Shown here: piece by piece, positions 38,353 to 46,861 of the stretch
Numbering within the stretch: the stretch's first letter is position 1
How the letters are laid out: each line of letters begins with the position of its first letter
Assembly (NCBI GenBank): GCA_027053075.1
Contig: JALUEE010000078.1
Coordinates: 1 to 64,000 of the forward strand
Direction: 5' to 3'
Source: a candidate division WOR-3 bacterium
GTDB lineage: Bacteria; Hydrothermota; Hydrothermia; B15-G9; WFZT01
Length of the DNA stretch: 64,000 nt
Position numbers and translations under genes: made by a program
Notes under the pieces: generated by a model
Told to the model about the DNA's origin: nothing
What the model saw: only the letters and a program-made list of their open reading frames with translations
The model's database searches: none

Positions 38353-38763
38353 TTACTTCTTTGGATACAGTGTTGCGAATACCACACGAAAGGCCTGTGC
38401 ATCCCTTAGAGCGTCCATAACCTCATTAACGTATTTGTATTCAACTCTCTTATCGGCCTTGATGTAGGCAATTGTGGAAGGATTCTCTGAGAGTTTAATC
38501 TTGAATGCGACAGTCACCTGAGGAGGCTGAACTATCTTGTCATCCACAGAAATTCGACCATCTTTGTCAATGTATATATGCGCAAGGTCTCTCTGCTTGA
38601 TAATCCTCTCCGTGGTTTTTGCTGTGGGCAGGATAACTTTCAAGCCGATCTCCTTACGGAATACAGTGGTGACCATGAAGAATATGAGCAACAGGAATGC
38701 AATATCTGACATGGACGCTGTTGGAATATTAACCTTCATCTCTCTTTTGCGTTCGAGCTTCAT
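38353..38763 (-). CDS. exbD: Biopolymer transporter ExbD
   Basis: SMSDIAFLLLIFFMVTT; IKADK. Confidence 0.93.
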   Translation of the reverse strand: MKLERKREMKVNIPTASMSDIAFLLLIFFMVTTVFRKEIGLKVILPTAKTTERIIKQRDLAHIYIDKDGRISVDDKIVQPPQVTVAFKIKLSENPSTIAYIKADKRVEYKYVNEVMDALRDAQAFRVVFATLYPKK

Positions 38764-38767
38764 GTCG

Positions 38768-39187
38768 CTAACCTCCAGCCTTAATTATACCCAGTGCCAC
38801 CCTCGTGGCTTTAGGCACCTGTTTCACCTGGTCAAACACCTGTATCATCCGCTCATAAGGCGCTTTTTCGTTGGTCTTGATAAGAATGATCAGCTTGGGA
38901 TTCTTTTCGAGTCTTTCTTTAAGAATAGGCTGAATCTGATCAAGAGTAACCGGCTTATCTCCAATAAATATCTGACCCTGGTCGTTAATCGAAATTTTGA
39001 GGATATTCTTCGACTTGATCTTAACGATTTCCGTGGTTTTTTCCGGTAGAACAAGCTTCAACCCTTTATCACGGGCAAAGATAGTCGTAGTCATAAAGAA
39101 AATGATGAGCAGGAACGCAATATCAGCCATTGATGCGGTGGGGATTTCGGCTTCCTCAGGAGGTTTTGCTTTTCTAAAAATAGCCAA
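38768..39187 (-). CDS. exbD: Biopolymer transporter ExbD
   Basis: SMADIAFLLIIFFMTTT. Confidence 0.93.
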   Translation of the reverse strand: MAIFRKAKPPEEAEIPTASMADIAFLLIIFFMTTTIFARDKGLKLVLPEKTTEIVKIKSKNILKISINDQGQIFIGDKPVTLDQIQPILKERLEKNPKLIILIKTNEKAPYERMIQVFDQVKQVPKATRVALGIIKAGG

Positions 39188-39201
39188 TTTAATTACCTCC
39201 C

Positions 39202-39837
39202 TCAGGCTTCTTGTTTAATAATCTCTTTCTCGAGGAGATACTCTATAAGTTCATTAGCGGCCTCTTCTGTGGCCCTTGAATATCCATTAATCTTGGACTG
39301 GAAAATTGCATAGAAAAGAGCGACAGGCGCCGCGATCAAAAGTCCGGTAGCCGTTGTGATCAATGCCTCTGAAATACCAGAGGCAACAAGCGTAGGCTCC
39401 ACTTCTCCGGCAAGAGCAATTGCCTGGAACGCCTTAATCATTCCTGTAACTGTTCCCAGGAATCCGATGATCGGCGCAAGTGTAGCCGTAGCTGAAAGAT
39501 AAATCATACCTCTGTCAAGAAATCCCATCTCTGAAGAGGCCTTCGCTGCCATTGCCTCTTCAACAACTGTCCTTCCTCTGTGGACCTTCTCAAGTCCGGC
39601 AAGAAGGACCTTTGCAATAGGCTTCTTATTTTTCTGCAAATACTCTATTGCAGCATCCAGACCCTCTTCCTCAATGAGGGTCGTGACCTTTTCCACAAGC
39701 TTGCGCGGGTTCGTGCTCGCCTTCACAAGCAGTGTAATGATTCTCTCTATGATGATTGCGGTTCCAAGGATAGCTAACGCGAGGAGCAACCACATCATTG
39801 AACCGCCCTTATTGAAGTATTCAACAAGTCCTTGCAT
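39202..39837 (-). CDS. exbB: MotA/TolQ/ExbB proton channel
   Basis: APIIGFLGTVTGMI.AF; GISEALITTATGL. Confidence 0.95.
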   Translation of the reverse strand: MQGLVEYFNKGGSMMWLLLALAILGTAIIIERIITLLVKASTNPRKLVEKVTTLIEEEGLDAAIEYLQKNKKPIAKVLLAGLEKVHRGRTVVEEAMAAKASSEMGFLDRGMIYLSATATLAPIIGFLGTVTGMIKAFQAIALAGEVEPTLVASGISEALITTATGLLIAAPVALFYAIFQSKINGYSRATEEAANELIEYLLEKEIIKQEA

Positions 39838-39875
39838 TATTTAACCTCCCTTGTTTTTGTTTTTCGCAATAGTCC

Positions 39876-39904
39876 ATTTTAAATTCATAAAACCCAATTG
39901 TCAA
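39876..39904 (-). promoter_or_regulatory. Sigma70 promoter of exbB
   Basis: TTGACA-17 bp-TAAAAT. Confidence 0.75.
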
Positions 39905-39912
39905 GCAAAAAA

Positions 39913-40713
39913 CTATATTTTAAGAGGCTTTAGACCGCCTAACTTATCTCCATTGTAGTCCACTTCTGCAAGGAGAATTTCTTTACCCTTTTGGGCTGCT
40001 TCCCTTAAAAGCTTATCCATGTTTCCACCCTCCCTGATGCAAATGCCCACTATCACATCAGAAAGGGCTACAACCACTCTATCCCGCATAAGCATGGAGC
40101 CTGGCGTTCCCATATCGTCAAGCCCTGAAAATGAGATAATAGCATCAAATCCTAAATTGAGCCTTCGCTTCGTTATCTGGAATATTCCTCTGTCACTCAC
40201 CGCAACTCGCTTTCCACCTATATTTTCAAAAAACCTATAATTTCTTCCATAAAGCCCTCCAACTGCCACACCAGAAAAACTTTTCCCTGCATCAAGTGAA
40301 AGTCTCATACATTTCTCATCTGCATCTCTGGAATTCAAGAGAGAAAAGGTCTCACTGTTTAATAATTCCATATCCCCACGCGCGTAAATAATAGGTGGCG
40401 GATAATCCATAAAATCCTTGAGTTTAGAAGGATATGTTTCATCAAAAACTGAAACAGCCCTAAACCCCGACTCGCGCATTTTCTCACTCGCCTCTCGAGC
40501 TTTATAAATCAAATTGTTAAGCTGGTTACCAAGGGCGTTAGCCGAGACTTCAAGGAGTCCAAACCTCTCCCTGTAAACTTCAAAAGGGAACTCAAGAAAC
40601 CTCGAGGGAGAAATTCCCTCAAAATACAAAGCACGCAAAACTTTATAAATTGTCCTGTCTCTGATTCCAGGAACAAGATGAAGCAGTATGAGGAAAAATT
40701 CCATTTCCCCCAT
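39913..40713 (-). CDS. dprA: DprA/Smf-family protein, divergent
   Basis: YPSKLK...PPPIIYARGD..LL; RDRVVVALSD...EGG. Confidence 0.7.
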   Translation of the reverse strand: MGEMEFFLILLHLVPGIRDRTIYKVLRALYFEGISPSRFLEFPFEVYRERFGLLEVSANALGNQLNNLIYKAREASEKMRESGFRAVSVFDETYPSKLKDFMDYPPPIIYARGDMELLNSETFSLLNSRDADEKCMRLSLDAGKSFSGVAVGGLYGRNYRFFENIGGKRVAVSDRGIFQITKRRLNLGFDAIISFSGLDDMGTPGSMLMRDRVVVALSDVIVGICIREGGNMDKLLREAAQKGKEILLAEVDYNGDKLGGLKPLKI

Positions 40714-40772
40714 TCAACTATTATGGAATCCTCACCTTCCTTTTTCAACTTAGAGGGTATAGAATCAATCCC

Positions 40773-41687
40773 ATGCAATGTGCAGTTATTGATGTAGGCT
40801 CAAATTCCGTTCTTCTTGCCGTTGCAGACGAGAATGGAAATCCCATCCTCGAGCTTGATCGTGTTACAGCATTAGGTGAGGGACTAAATACCTCGAAAAG
40901 GCTCAGGCATGATGCAATGGAGAGAACCGCCCTCGCCATGTGCGATTTCAAAAGGAGAGCAGAAGAGATGGGAGCTGAAAGGGTGATTGCGGTCGGTACA
41001 ATGGCTCTCCGGGTAGCTTCAAATTCAGGTGATTTTCTAAAGCTGGTAAACGACCTTTGCGGCATCGAAATAAAAATCATATCCGGTGATGAAGAAGCAA
41101 AACTCTCGTATGAGGCAGCCGTTTCATCACTTAAACTTTCCGGCAGCACCGTAGTGTCAGACGTTGGAGGAAGAAGTACAGACATAGCCTATGGTGAAGG
41201 TGAAAATCTTATCCGCACCTATAGTCTTGATTTGGGTGCCCTGAAAATCCTTGAGGGCAGCCATCTCAATTTTAAAGAAACTTCGCACTTTAGTGACATC
41301 CAACAACTGAAGAAAGAAATTTTCGAATATCTCAGCGAAAATCTTCTTAAAACCACCCCTCAGAACTTCGTTATAATAGGCGGAACAGCCACCAATCTTG
41401 CCGCCATGAAACTACAACTCAGGCAATATGCCCCCGAGAAGGTTCACGGCTTAGAACTTTCGAGGACATCTATTGAAGAACTCCTCAATAAGCTTATCTC
41501 AATGCCGATTTCGGCTCGAAGGAAACTGATCGGACTTCAACCCGAGAGGGCAGAGGTAATAATTCCGGGAACAATAATTATCCTTGCTTTAATGGATTTT
41601 TACGGCCAGGATTATGCTATCGTGAGCGATAGAGGGTTGAGACACGCGATTCTTGCCCGGTGTTACTCAAACAAACTCAAGAGGTAG
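40773..41687 (+). CDS. ppx: Ppx/GppA phosphatase, short form
   Basis: AVIDVGSNS, ISGDEEA, DVGGRST, GGTATN, GLRH. Confidence 0.92.
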   Translation: MQCAVIDVGSNSVLLAVADENGNPILELDRVTALGEGLNTSKRLRHDAMERTALAMCDFKRRAEEMGAERVIAVGTMALRVASNSGDFLKLVNDLCGIEIKIISGDEEAKLSYEAAVSSLKLSGSTVVSDVGGRSTDIAYGEGENLIRTYSLDLGALKILEGSHLNFKETSHFSDIQQLKKEIFEYLSENLLKTTPQNFVIIGGTATNLAAMKLQLRQYAPEKVHGLELSRTSIEELLNKLISMPISARRKLIGLQPERAEVIIPGTIIILALMDFYGQDYAIVSDRGLRHAILARCYSNKLKR

Positions 41688-42094
41688 AAAAAGGCAAAAA
41701 CGTATCCTTCAAAGCCCATTCCAGCTATCACAGCATCCGCAGCCCTCGCAGTGATAAGGGAATGACGAATCTCCTCTCTTTTAAACACGTTTGATATGTG
41801 AACCTCAACGATCTTGCCATCAAATGCCCTTAGCGCGTCAAGAATGGCAATACTGTAATGAGAATAAGCACCTGGATTTATGATAATTCCATCCACTGAG
41901 CCAATGCATTGATGAATAAAATCCACAATCTCACCCTCGCTATTGGACTGGAAAAACTTAAATTCAACATTCTTCCCTTCAGAAGCTTCTATAAGCATCT
42001 TCTCAAGCTCTTCAAGGGTGCCAGAGCCGTATATCTCAGGCTCCCTTCTGCCAAGAAGGTTGAGATTTGGCCCATTGATCACAGCTATCTTCAT
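41663..42094 (-). CDS. aroQ: Type II 3-dehydroquinate dehydratase
   Basis: INGPNLNLLGRREPEIYG, QSNSEG, NPGAYSHYS, EVHISN. Confidence 0.97.
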   Translation of the reverse strand: MKIAVINGPNLNLLGRREPEIYGSGTLEELEKMLIEASEGKNVEFKFFQSNSEGEIVDFIHQCIGSVDGIIINPGAYSHYSIAILDALRAFDGKIVEVHISNVFKREEIRHSLITARAADAVIAGMGFEGYVFAFFYLLSLFE

Positions 42095-43734
42095 AATAAA
42101 CCTCCTTTCAACCTGATAATTTCATCTGGCTCCATAGGGTTTATGATAACATCACCGGGTTTGCGCGGTATTACAAAGTCAATCTTACCACGAGAGGCCT
42201 TTTTGTCCTGTACGATTTTTTCAAGAATCAACCTCTCATCCACGCGCTCAGCATCAGGCAACTTCCGCAGTAATCCAAATTTACCGAGCAACTTCTTTGT
42301 TCGCTCAAGGAGCCCAGTCTCAGTAATTCCAAGTCCTATCCCAATTTCAATTGCCTTAACAAGACCAATGGCAACAGCCTCGCCATGACTTATTCCCAGT
42401 ATCACCTCATAAGCATGACCAAGTGTATGCCCAAGATTGAGTAACTTCCTCTTACCAGTGGACTCCCTGAAGTCTTCCTCCACGATCCCGAGTTTTACTT
42501 TCGCAGTTCTCTTTATCACCTCAGTGAGTGTCTGAAGATTACGCCTTAGCAACTTATCTACATTTGCCTCAAGGAATTTGAAAAATGCATCCCCGTGATC
42601 GAAAGAATTCCCCCCACCTGACTCCTCCCCCCACGGACGAAGTCCGTGGGGGGAGGTCGGGAGGGGGGCACCATCTTCTAATTTATTTGAAAACGTAGTC
42701 TCACCAATTATTGCAGACTTCACAATCTCCGCAAATCCCTGGCGAAAATCCTTTCCATCAAGCGACAAAAGAGCTAAAGGATCAATCAAAATCAAATCCG
42801 GGTGATAGAATGTCCCAATGACGTTCTTTATCCCCCTGAAATTCAAAGCATTTTTCCCACCAAGACCTGCATCAACCTGGGCAAGAAGGGTTGTGGGTGC
42901 ATTAATAAACCTGACACCTCTTTTGAAAGTAGATGCTGCAAATCCCACCACATCTGAGGCTGCACCTCCTCCTATAGACACCACAGTGGTTCCCCTTGTT
43001 GCCCTTGAATTCAGCAGGAATTCATAGATTCTCGTAAGAGTTTTTAGGCTCTTTGCCCTATCACCATCAGGTAACACAAAAACACTCTCTGGCAGAAACT
43101 CACCAAATAATCTGTAAGCTCGCCTCTGGGCAAAATATCTGACATCCCCCTTTGTGAAATTCCCCAAATCCTTTAAAATCCCGGGCCCGAGTAAAATTTT
43201 CTCTATGCCATCCAGTTCTTCTTTGATGTCCCAATCAATAAGATAGAGTATACTCTGAGCCACGGTCCATGGATTAGCAACCGCATCCACAGTATTACCC
43301 ACCCTTTCGTATATTTCCCGTCTTTCATTCAGAATTTTTCTCAGGTTATCCTCAATCCCCCCTTTCAAAAGAGGCCTCACATCACTTTTTCCCCTGCACC
43401 TTCTAACAAGCTCTTTAAGTGGAACCTCAAGATACACTCCCAGTGACTGCTCTCCAATCAACTTGAGATTTTCCGAATCTGTCACCACTCCCCCACCGGT
43501 GGCAATCACCGTATTCTCAAGACGCATTGCGGACTGCAGAACCTCTTTCTCCAACCTTCTGAAATAGTCCTCACCGTAAGCTCTAAAAATTTCAGGGATT
43601 TTAAGGCCAGAGCGCTGTTCGATAAGCCTATCCGTGTCAACAAAATCCCATCCGAGTGCCGCGGCAAGCCTCTTTCCAACAGTGGTCTTGCCACTGCACA
43701 TCATACCTGTGAGAACGATTCTTCTGGGGATCAT
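42091..43734 (-). CDS. aroKB: Fused shikimate kinase / 3-dehydroquinate synthase (AroK-AroB) with a ~37-aa internal insertion
   Basis: GMMCSGKTTVG, ATGGG, RPLL; GGG..SD..GF.A, PTTLLAQVD, GGKN, LNLGHTLGHA, HGEAVAIG. Confidence 0.93.
   Translation of the reverse strand: MIPRRIVLTGMMCSGKTTVGKRLAAALGWDFVDTDRLIEQRSGLKIPEIFRAYGEDYFRRLEKEVLQSAMRLENTVIATGGGVVTDSENLKLIGEQSLGVYLEVPLKELVRRCRGKSDVRPLLKGGIEDNLRKILNERREIYERVGNTVDAVANPWTVAQSILYLIDWDIKEELDGIEKILLGPGILKDLGNFTKGDVRYFAQRRAYRLFGEFLPESVFVLPDGDRAKSLKTLTRIYEFLLNSRATRGTTVVSIGGGAASDVVGFAASTFKRGVRFINAPTTLLAQVDAGLGGKNALNFRGIKNVIGTFYHPDLILIDPLALLSLDGKDFRQGFAEIVKSAIIGETTFSNKLEDGAPLPTSPHGLRPWGEESGGGNSFDHGDAFFKFLEANVDKLLRRNLQTLTEVIKRTAKVKLGIVEEDFRESTGKRKLLNLGHTLGHAYEVILGISHGEAVAIGLVKAIEIGIGLGITETGLLERTKKLLGKFGLLRKLPDAERVDERLILEKIVQDKKASRGKIDFVIPRKPGDVIINPMEPDEIIRLKGGLL
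42591..42700. mobile_element. Hairpin MITE copy inserted in frame within aroB
   Basis: Core 42605-42670 closely matches the intergenic copies at 51288-51353 and 46354-46417; eroded TIR-like ends. Confidence 0.8.
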
Positions 43735-45038
43735 CAGAGGCCAAATCTTTTGAAAATTGCGTCCACGTTCCTCAAATAATCGTGGTTTAAAACCTCTTCG
43801 AGTTCCTCTGGTGTTAAATACTTCGCGATGTTTTCATTTTTTCTGATTAGCTCTTCAAAGGGCTCACCGCTCTTCATGGCCCTGTGGGCAGATTCCTTCA
43901 CCCATTCGTAAGCCTCACCTCTCCTGACACCCTTTTTTACAAGGGCAAGGAGAATCGCCTCCGAGAGATAAAATTTCCCGTATTTGACCAGATTCTCGTT
44001 GATCCTCTCCACATTCACAACCAGCCTGTCAACTATATCCTTTAGCAATGTGACCATGTAGTAATAAAGGGAAAGGGCATCTGGCATCAAAAATCTCTCG
44101 GTTGAGGAATGGGATATATCTCTCTCGTGCCAGAGTGCAATATTTTCCATGGATGTGTGGGCATAGCCTCTCAAAAGGCGTGCGAGACCGCATAATCTCT
44201 CACTTTTTATAGGGTTCCTCTTGTGGGGCATGGCAGAGGAGCCCCGCTGTTTCCTTCCAAACGGTTCCTCAAGCTCTCCCACTTCTGTTCTCTGAAGCAG
44301 ACGAATTTCTGTGGCAAATTTTTCAATATTACCTGCAGAAATGGCAATCACATCAAAAACATAGGCATAGCGGTCTCTCGGCACAATCTGGGTTGAAACT
44401 GGCTCGGGCTTCAATCCAAGCTTATGAAGCGCCTTTTCCTCGACCTCAGGGCTTATGAAGGAATAGTTTCCCACGGCGCCGGAAATTTTACCGTAGCTTA
44501 TTTTTTCAATGGCGGAGCGTAGATTTTCTATATCTCTTAAAAAAGCCGAATAGTAGGAGAGAAATTTCAAACCGAGACTCGTGGGTTCAGCAAAAACCCC
44601 ATGAGTCCGGCCCATTATGGGTTGATAACGGTACTCATTGGCCTTCTCTCTAAAGCTCAAAGAGAGCTCACTCAGGGCTTTTAGATTTAGCTCAAGGGCA
44701 TTTTTCAAAATGAGTGAATTGGCGGTGTCTACCACATCAGAAGAGGTCATGCCAAAGTGCAAATACCTCGCAGGATCACCGGCTATCTCCTCAATCGTAA
44801 GCAGGAAGGCGATAACGTCGTGGTCAACCTCTCGCTCGATCTCCTTTGCTCTTTTCGCCACCCAGTTGAAATCCACATCTTCCATAGATTTTCTGACCTT
44901 TTCCGGGACATCTGATGGGATAATGCCCATATCTGCCTCTACCTCAGCCACTGCGATCTCCACTTCGTACCATTTCCTGTACTTGAATTCATCCGTGAAA
45001 ATTTTCTTTATCTCGTCTTTCCAGTACCTTTCAATCAT
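43734..45038 (-). CDS. purB: Adenylosuccinate lyase
   Basis: Start moved to [37 protein letters not shown]. Confidence 0.97.
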   Translation of the reverse strand: MIERYWKDEIKKIFTDEFKYRKWYEVEIAVAEVEADMGIIPSDVPEKVRKSMEDVDFNWVAKRAKEIEREVDHDVIAFLLTIEEIAGDPARYLHFGMTSSDVVDTANSLILKNALELNLKALSELSLSFREKANEYRYQPIMGRTHGVFAEPTSLGLKFLSYYSAFLRDIENLRSAIEKISYGKISGAVGNYSFISPEVEEKALHKLGLKPEPVSTQIVPRDRYAYVFDVIAISAGNIEKFATEIRLLQRTEVGELEEPFGRKQRGSSAMPHKRNPIKSERLCGLARLLRGYAHTSMENIALWHERDISHSSTERFLMPDALSLYYYMVTLLKDIVDRLVVNVERINENLVKYGKFYLSEAILLALVKKGVRRGEAYEWVKESAHRAMKSGEPFEELIRKNENIAKYLTPEELEEVLNHDYLRNVDAIFKRFGL

Positions 45039-45039
45039 T

Positions 45040-45879
45040 TCAATCCATCCTGTAAAGTATTTTGAAACTCCCAAGCTCTCCCTCAAGACGATTAATCAAA
45101 AGGTCAATGAGGGAGAACCTCTTCTTTTCTTTTTTGTAAACAAGACTCACGTGTCCTTTTATTCCGGCAAGTTTTTTAAGAATGTTAACTGCATCCTCTA
45201 TCGAGCCGAGTGTATCAACGAGACCAGCCTTTAGTGCCATCCTGCCCGAAAAAATCCTCCCATCCGCAAGTTTCCTTACGCTGTCAGCTGGAATGTGACG
45301 AGCCGATGCCACCTCTTCAACAAACTGCTTATAGACATCCATCAAGACGCCTTTTAGCAACTTCTTCTCCTCCGGTTTCATCTTTCTGAAAGGAGTGCCT
45401 GAGTCCTTGAATTTTCCTGTTTTTATAATCTCGTACTGGATACCTAACTTCTTTAGAAGGTCTGAGACCACAGGAAATTCGGCGATAACACCAATGGAGC
45501 CGGTAATTGTTCCGGGATTCGCAACAATCTTATTAGATGCAAGGGAAACGTAATATCCACCAGAAGCTGCAACACTTCCGAAGCTCGCAACGATGGGCTT
45601 TCCGGCTTTTCGTGTCTTTTTCAGTGCCTCGAGTATCTCCTGAACAGGTCCAACGGCACCTCCCGGAGAGTCCACCCTGAGGAGTATGCCCTTGATATCA
45701 GAATCCTCCCTCAGACGCTTTATCCAATTGACGAGGGTGTCCGAACTCCTGATCGTGCCTTTGACCTCCACTACACCAATTTCGGCTCCAGAAATGCCAA
45801 TGTGGGATGGCTTGAAGAACTTCCATAGGACGGCGAGAACAATTATCAGGACAATAAATTTGACAATCGGATTCTTCAT
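45040..45879 (-). CDS. sppA: Signal peptide peptidase SppA (36K type)
   Basis: DSPGG, AASGGYY, TGSIGV, GKFKD. Confidence 0.95.
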   Translation of the reverse strand: MKNPIVKFIVLIIVLAVLWKFFKPSHIGISGAEIGVVEVKGTIRSSDTLVNWIKRLREDSDIKGILLRVDSPGGAVGPVQEILEALKKTRKAGKPIVASFGSVAASGGYYVSLASNKIVANPGTITGSIGVIAEFPVVSDLLKKLGIQYEIIKTGKFKDSGTPFRKMKPEEKKLLKGVLMDVYKQFVEEVASARHIPADSVRKLADGRIFSGRMALKAGLVDTLGSIEDAVNILKKLAGIKGHVSLVYKKEKKRFSLIDLLINRLEGELGSFKILYRMD

Positions 45880-46292
45880 GGGAGCGTATCAACGTAGAAG
45901 ATCAATCCCGCCCGAAAATCAGAGCCATCAACAAAGAGATTTATGTACCACTGTCCCCTCTCGTAAACGCGTTTGGAGAATGAGGTAATGATATTCTCAC
46001 CCGGTGGAATTCTCACCGTTGAGGAATCCGAAAAAGTGCTGTCCGGCCTGTACCATTTGGTCGTGACATAATGGGAATCTGCCGAAGATGACCAGAGTAT
46101 CCACAGGTTCACAGTATCTCCACTGTGAAAAAACTGTGTGATACCGGAGGGGTAACCATTGACAAGGTGTCTTGAAAGCTCAATATCCCCGATGTAGGGG
46201 TCACGACTGTATGAAATCCTACCTATGGTATTTGACTCCTTGGTACAGGAGACAGCAAACATCATAATAATTATTGCAATGACCCATCTCAT
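45876..46292 (-). CDS. Small lipoprotein, Ig-like
   Basis: Lipobox VSC; beta-rich WYRPD...GQWY; overlaps the sppA start. Confidence 0.7.
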   Translation of the reverse strand: MRWVIAIIIMMFAVSCTKESNTIGRISYSRDPYIGDIELSRHLVNGYPSGITQFFHSGDTVNLWILWSSSADSHYVTTKWYRPDSTFSDSSTVRIPPGENIITSFSKRVYERGQWYINLFVDGSDFRAGLIFYVDTLP

Positions 46293-46338
46293 AATGTGTC
46301 TATTTTAAAGTCAAACTAACCACGTTGGAATGCCCTTT

Positions 46339-46461
46339 GAGCTTGGTCGAAAATCCCCCCTCCTCTCCTCCCCCCACGCACTTTGTGCGTGGGGGGAGGA
46401 ACAAGGTGGGGGGAATTTTTCCTCAAAAATCAGAGAATTTGAGATTTTTTCGAACAGGCTC
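46339..46461. mobile_element. MITE-like element (123 bp) with 15-bp TIRs, 9-bp target duplication and internal hairpin
   Basis: GAGCTTGGTCGAAAA / GAGCCTGTTCGAAAA (13 of 15 identical); ATGCCCTTT at 46330-46338 and 46462-46470. Confidence 0.85.
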
Positions 46462-46469
46462 ATGCCCTT

Positions 46470-46512
46470 TGCGGGGCGGGGTCGTGCACTTCGTGCACGA
46501 CCCCGCCCCGCA
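46470..46512. repeat. 20-bp perfect GC-rich palindrome
   Basis: TGCGGGGCGGGGTCGTGCAC-TTC-GTGCACGACCCCGCCCCGCA between divergent genes. Confidence 0.8.
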
Positions 46513-46758
46513 GCAAAGCTCGTTTGAAAAATCCTGAATTTTAGTTACCATCCTTTCCAGCGGATTCTCACTACCTCACTGATAATTACAGTCCACACCC
46601 ATCCAGAATTTTCTAAACTGTGAGAAATCTTTGATTATTTCTTTTAAAAGCACATTTCCCCATCATGGGTGCTCTTTACATGCTTTCCCACCATTTTACC
46701 TATCTGTGGAATTTCTTCTTTTTTCCATTCACCTGTGAGACTTCTACCACATTTTCTT

Positions 46759-46798
46759 CCCCTCCCGCAAAGCGGGAGGGCATTGAGGGGGGAGGGCA
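46759..46798. repeat. REP-like hairpin repeat
   Basis: CCCTCCCGC-AAA-GCGGGAGGG followed by CATTGAGGGGGGAGGGC. Confidence 0.65.
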
Positions 46799-46861
46799 AA
46801 CCTTACATCTATCCTCCCAAATTTGAAAAAACTGCAAACATTGTCCTATAATACTTCCAGC

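Noticed and set aside
41663..41687. 25-bp convergent overlap of ppx and aroQ
   Set aside because: Short tail-to-tail overlaps are common in compact genomes
46325..46851. ORFs 46325..46537, 46330..46527 and 46669..46851, and likewise 51121..51372
   Set aside because: Readthrough of MITE and hairpin DNA (PPTHFVRGG peptides)
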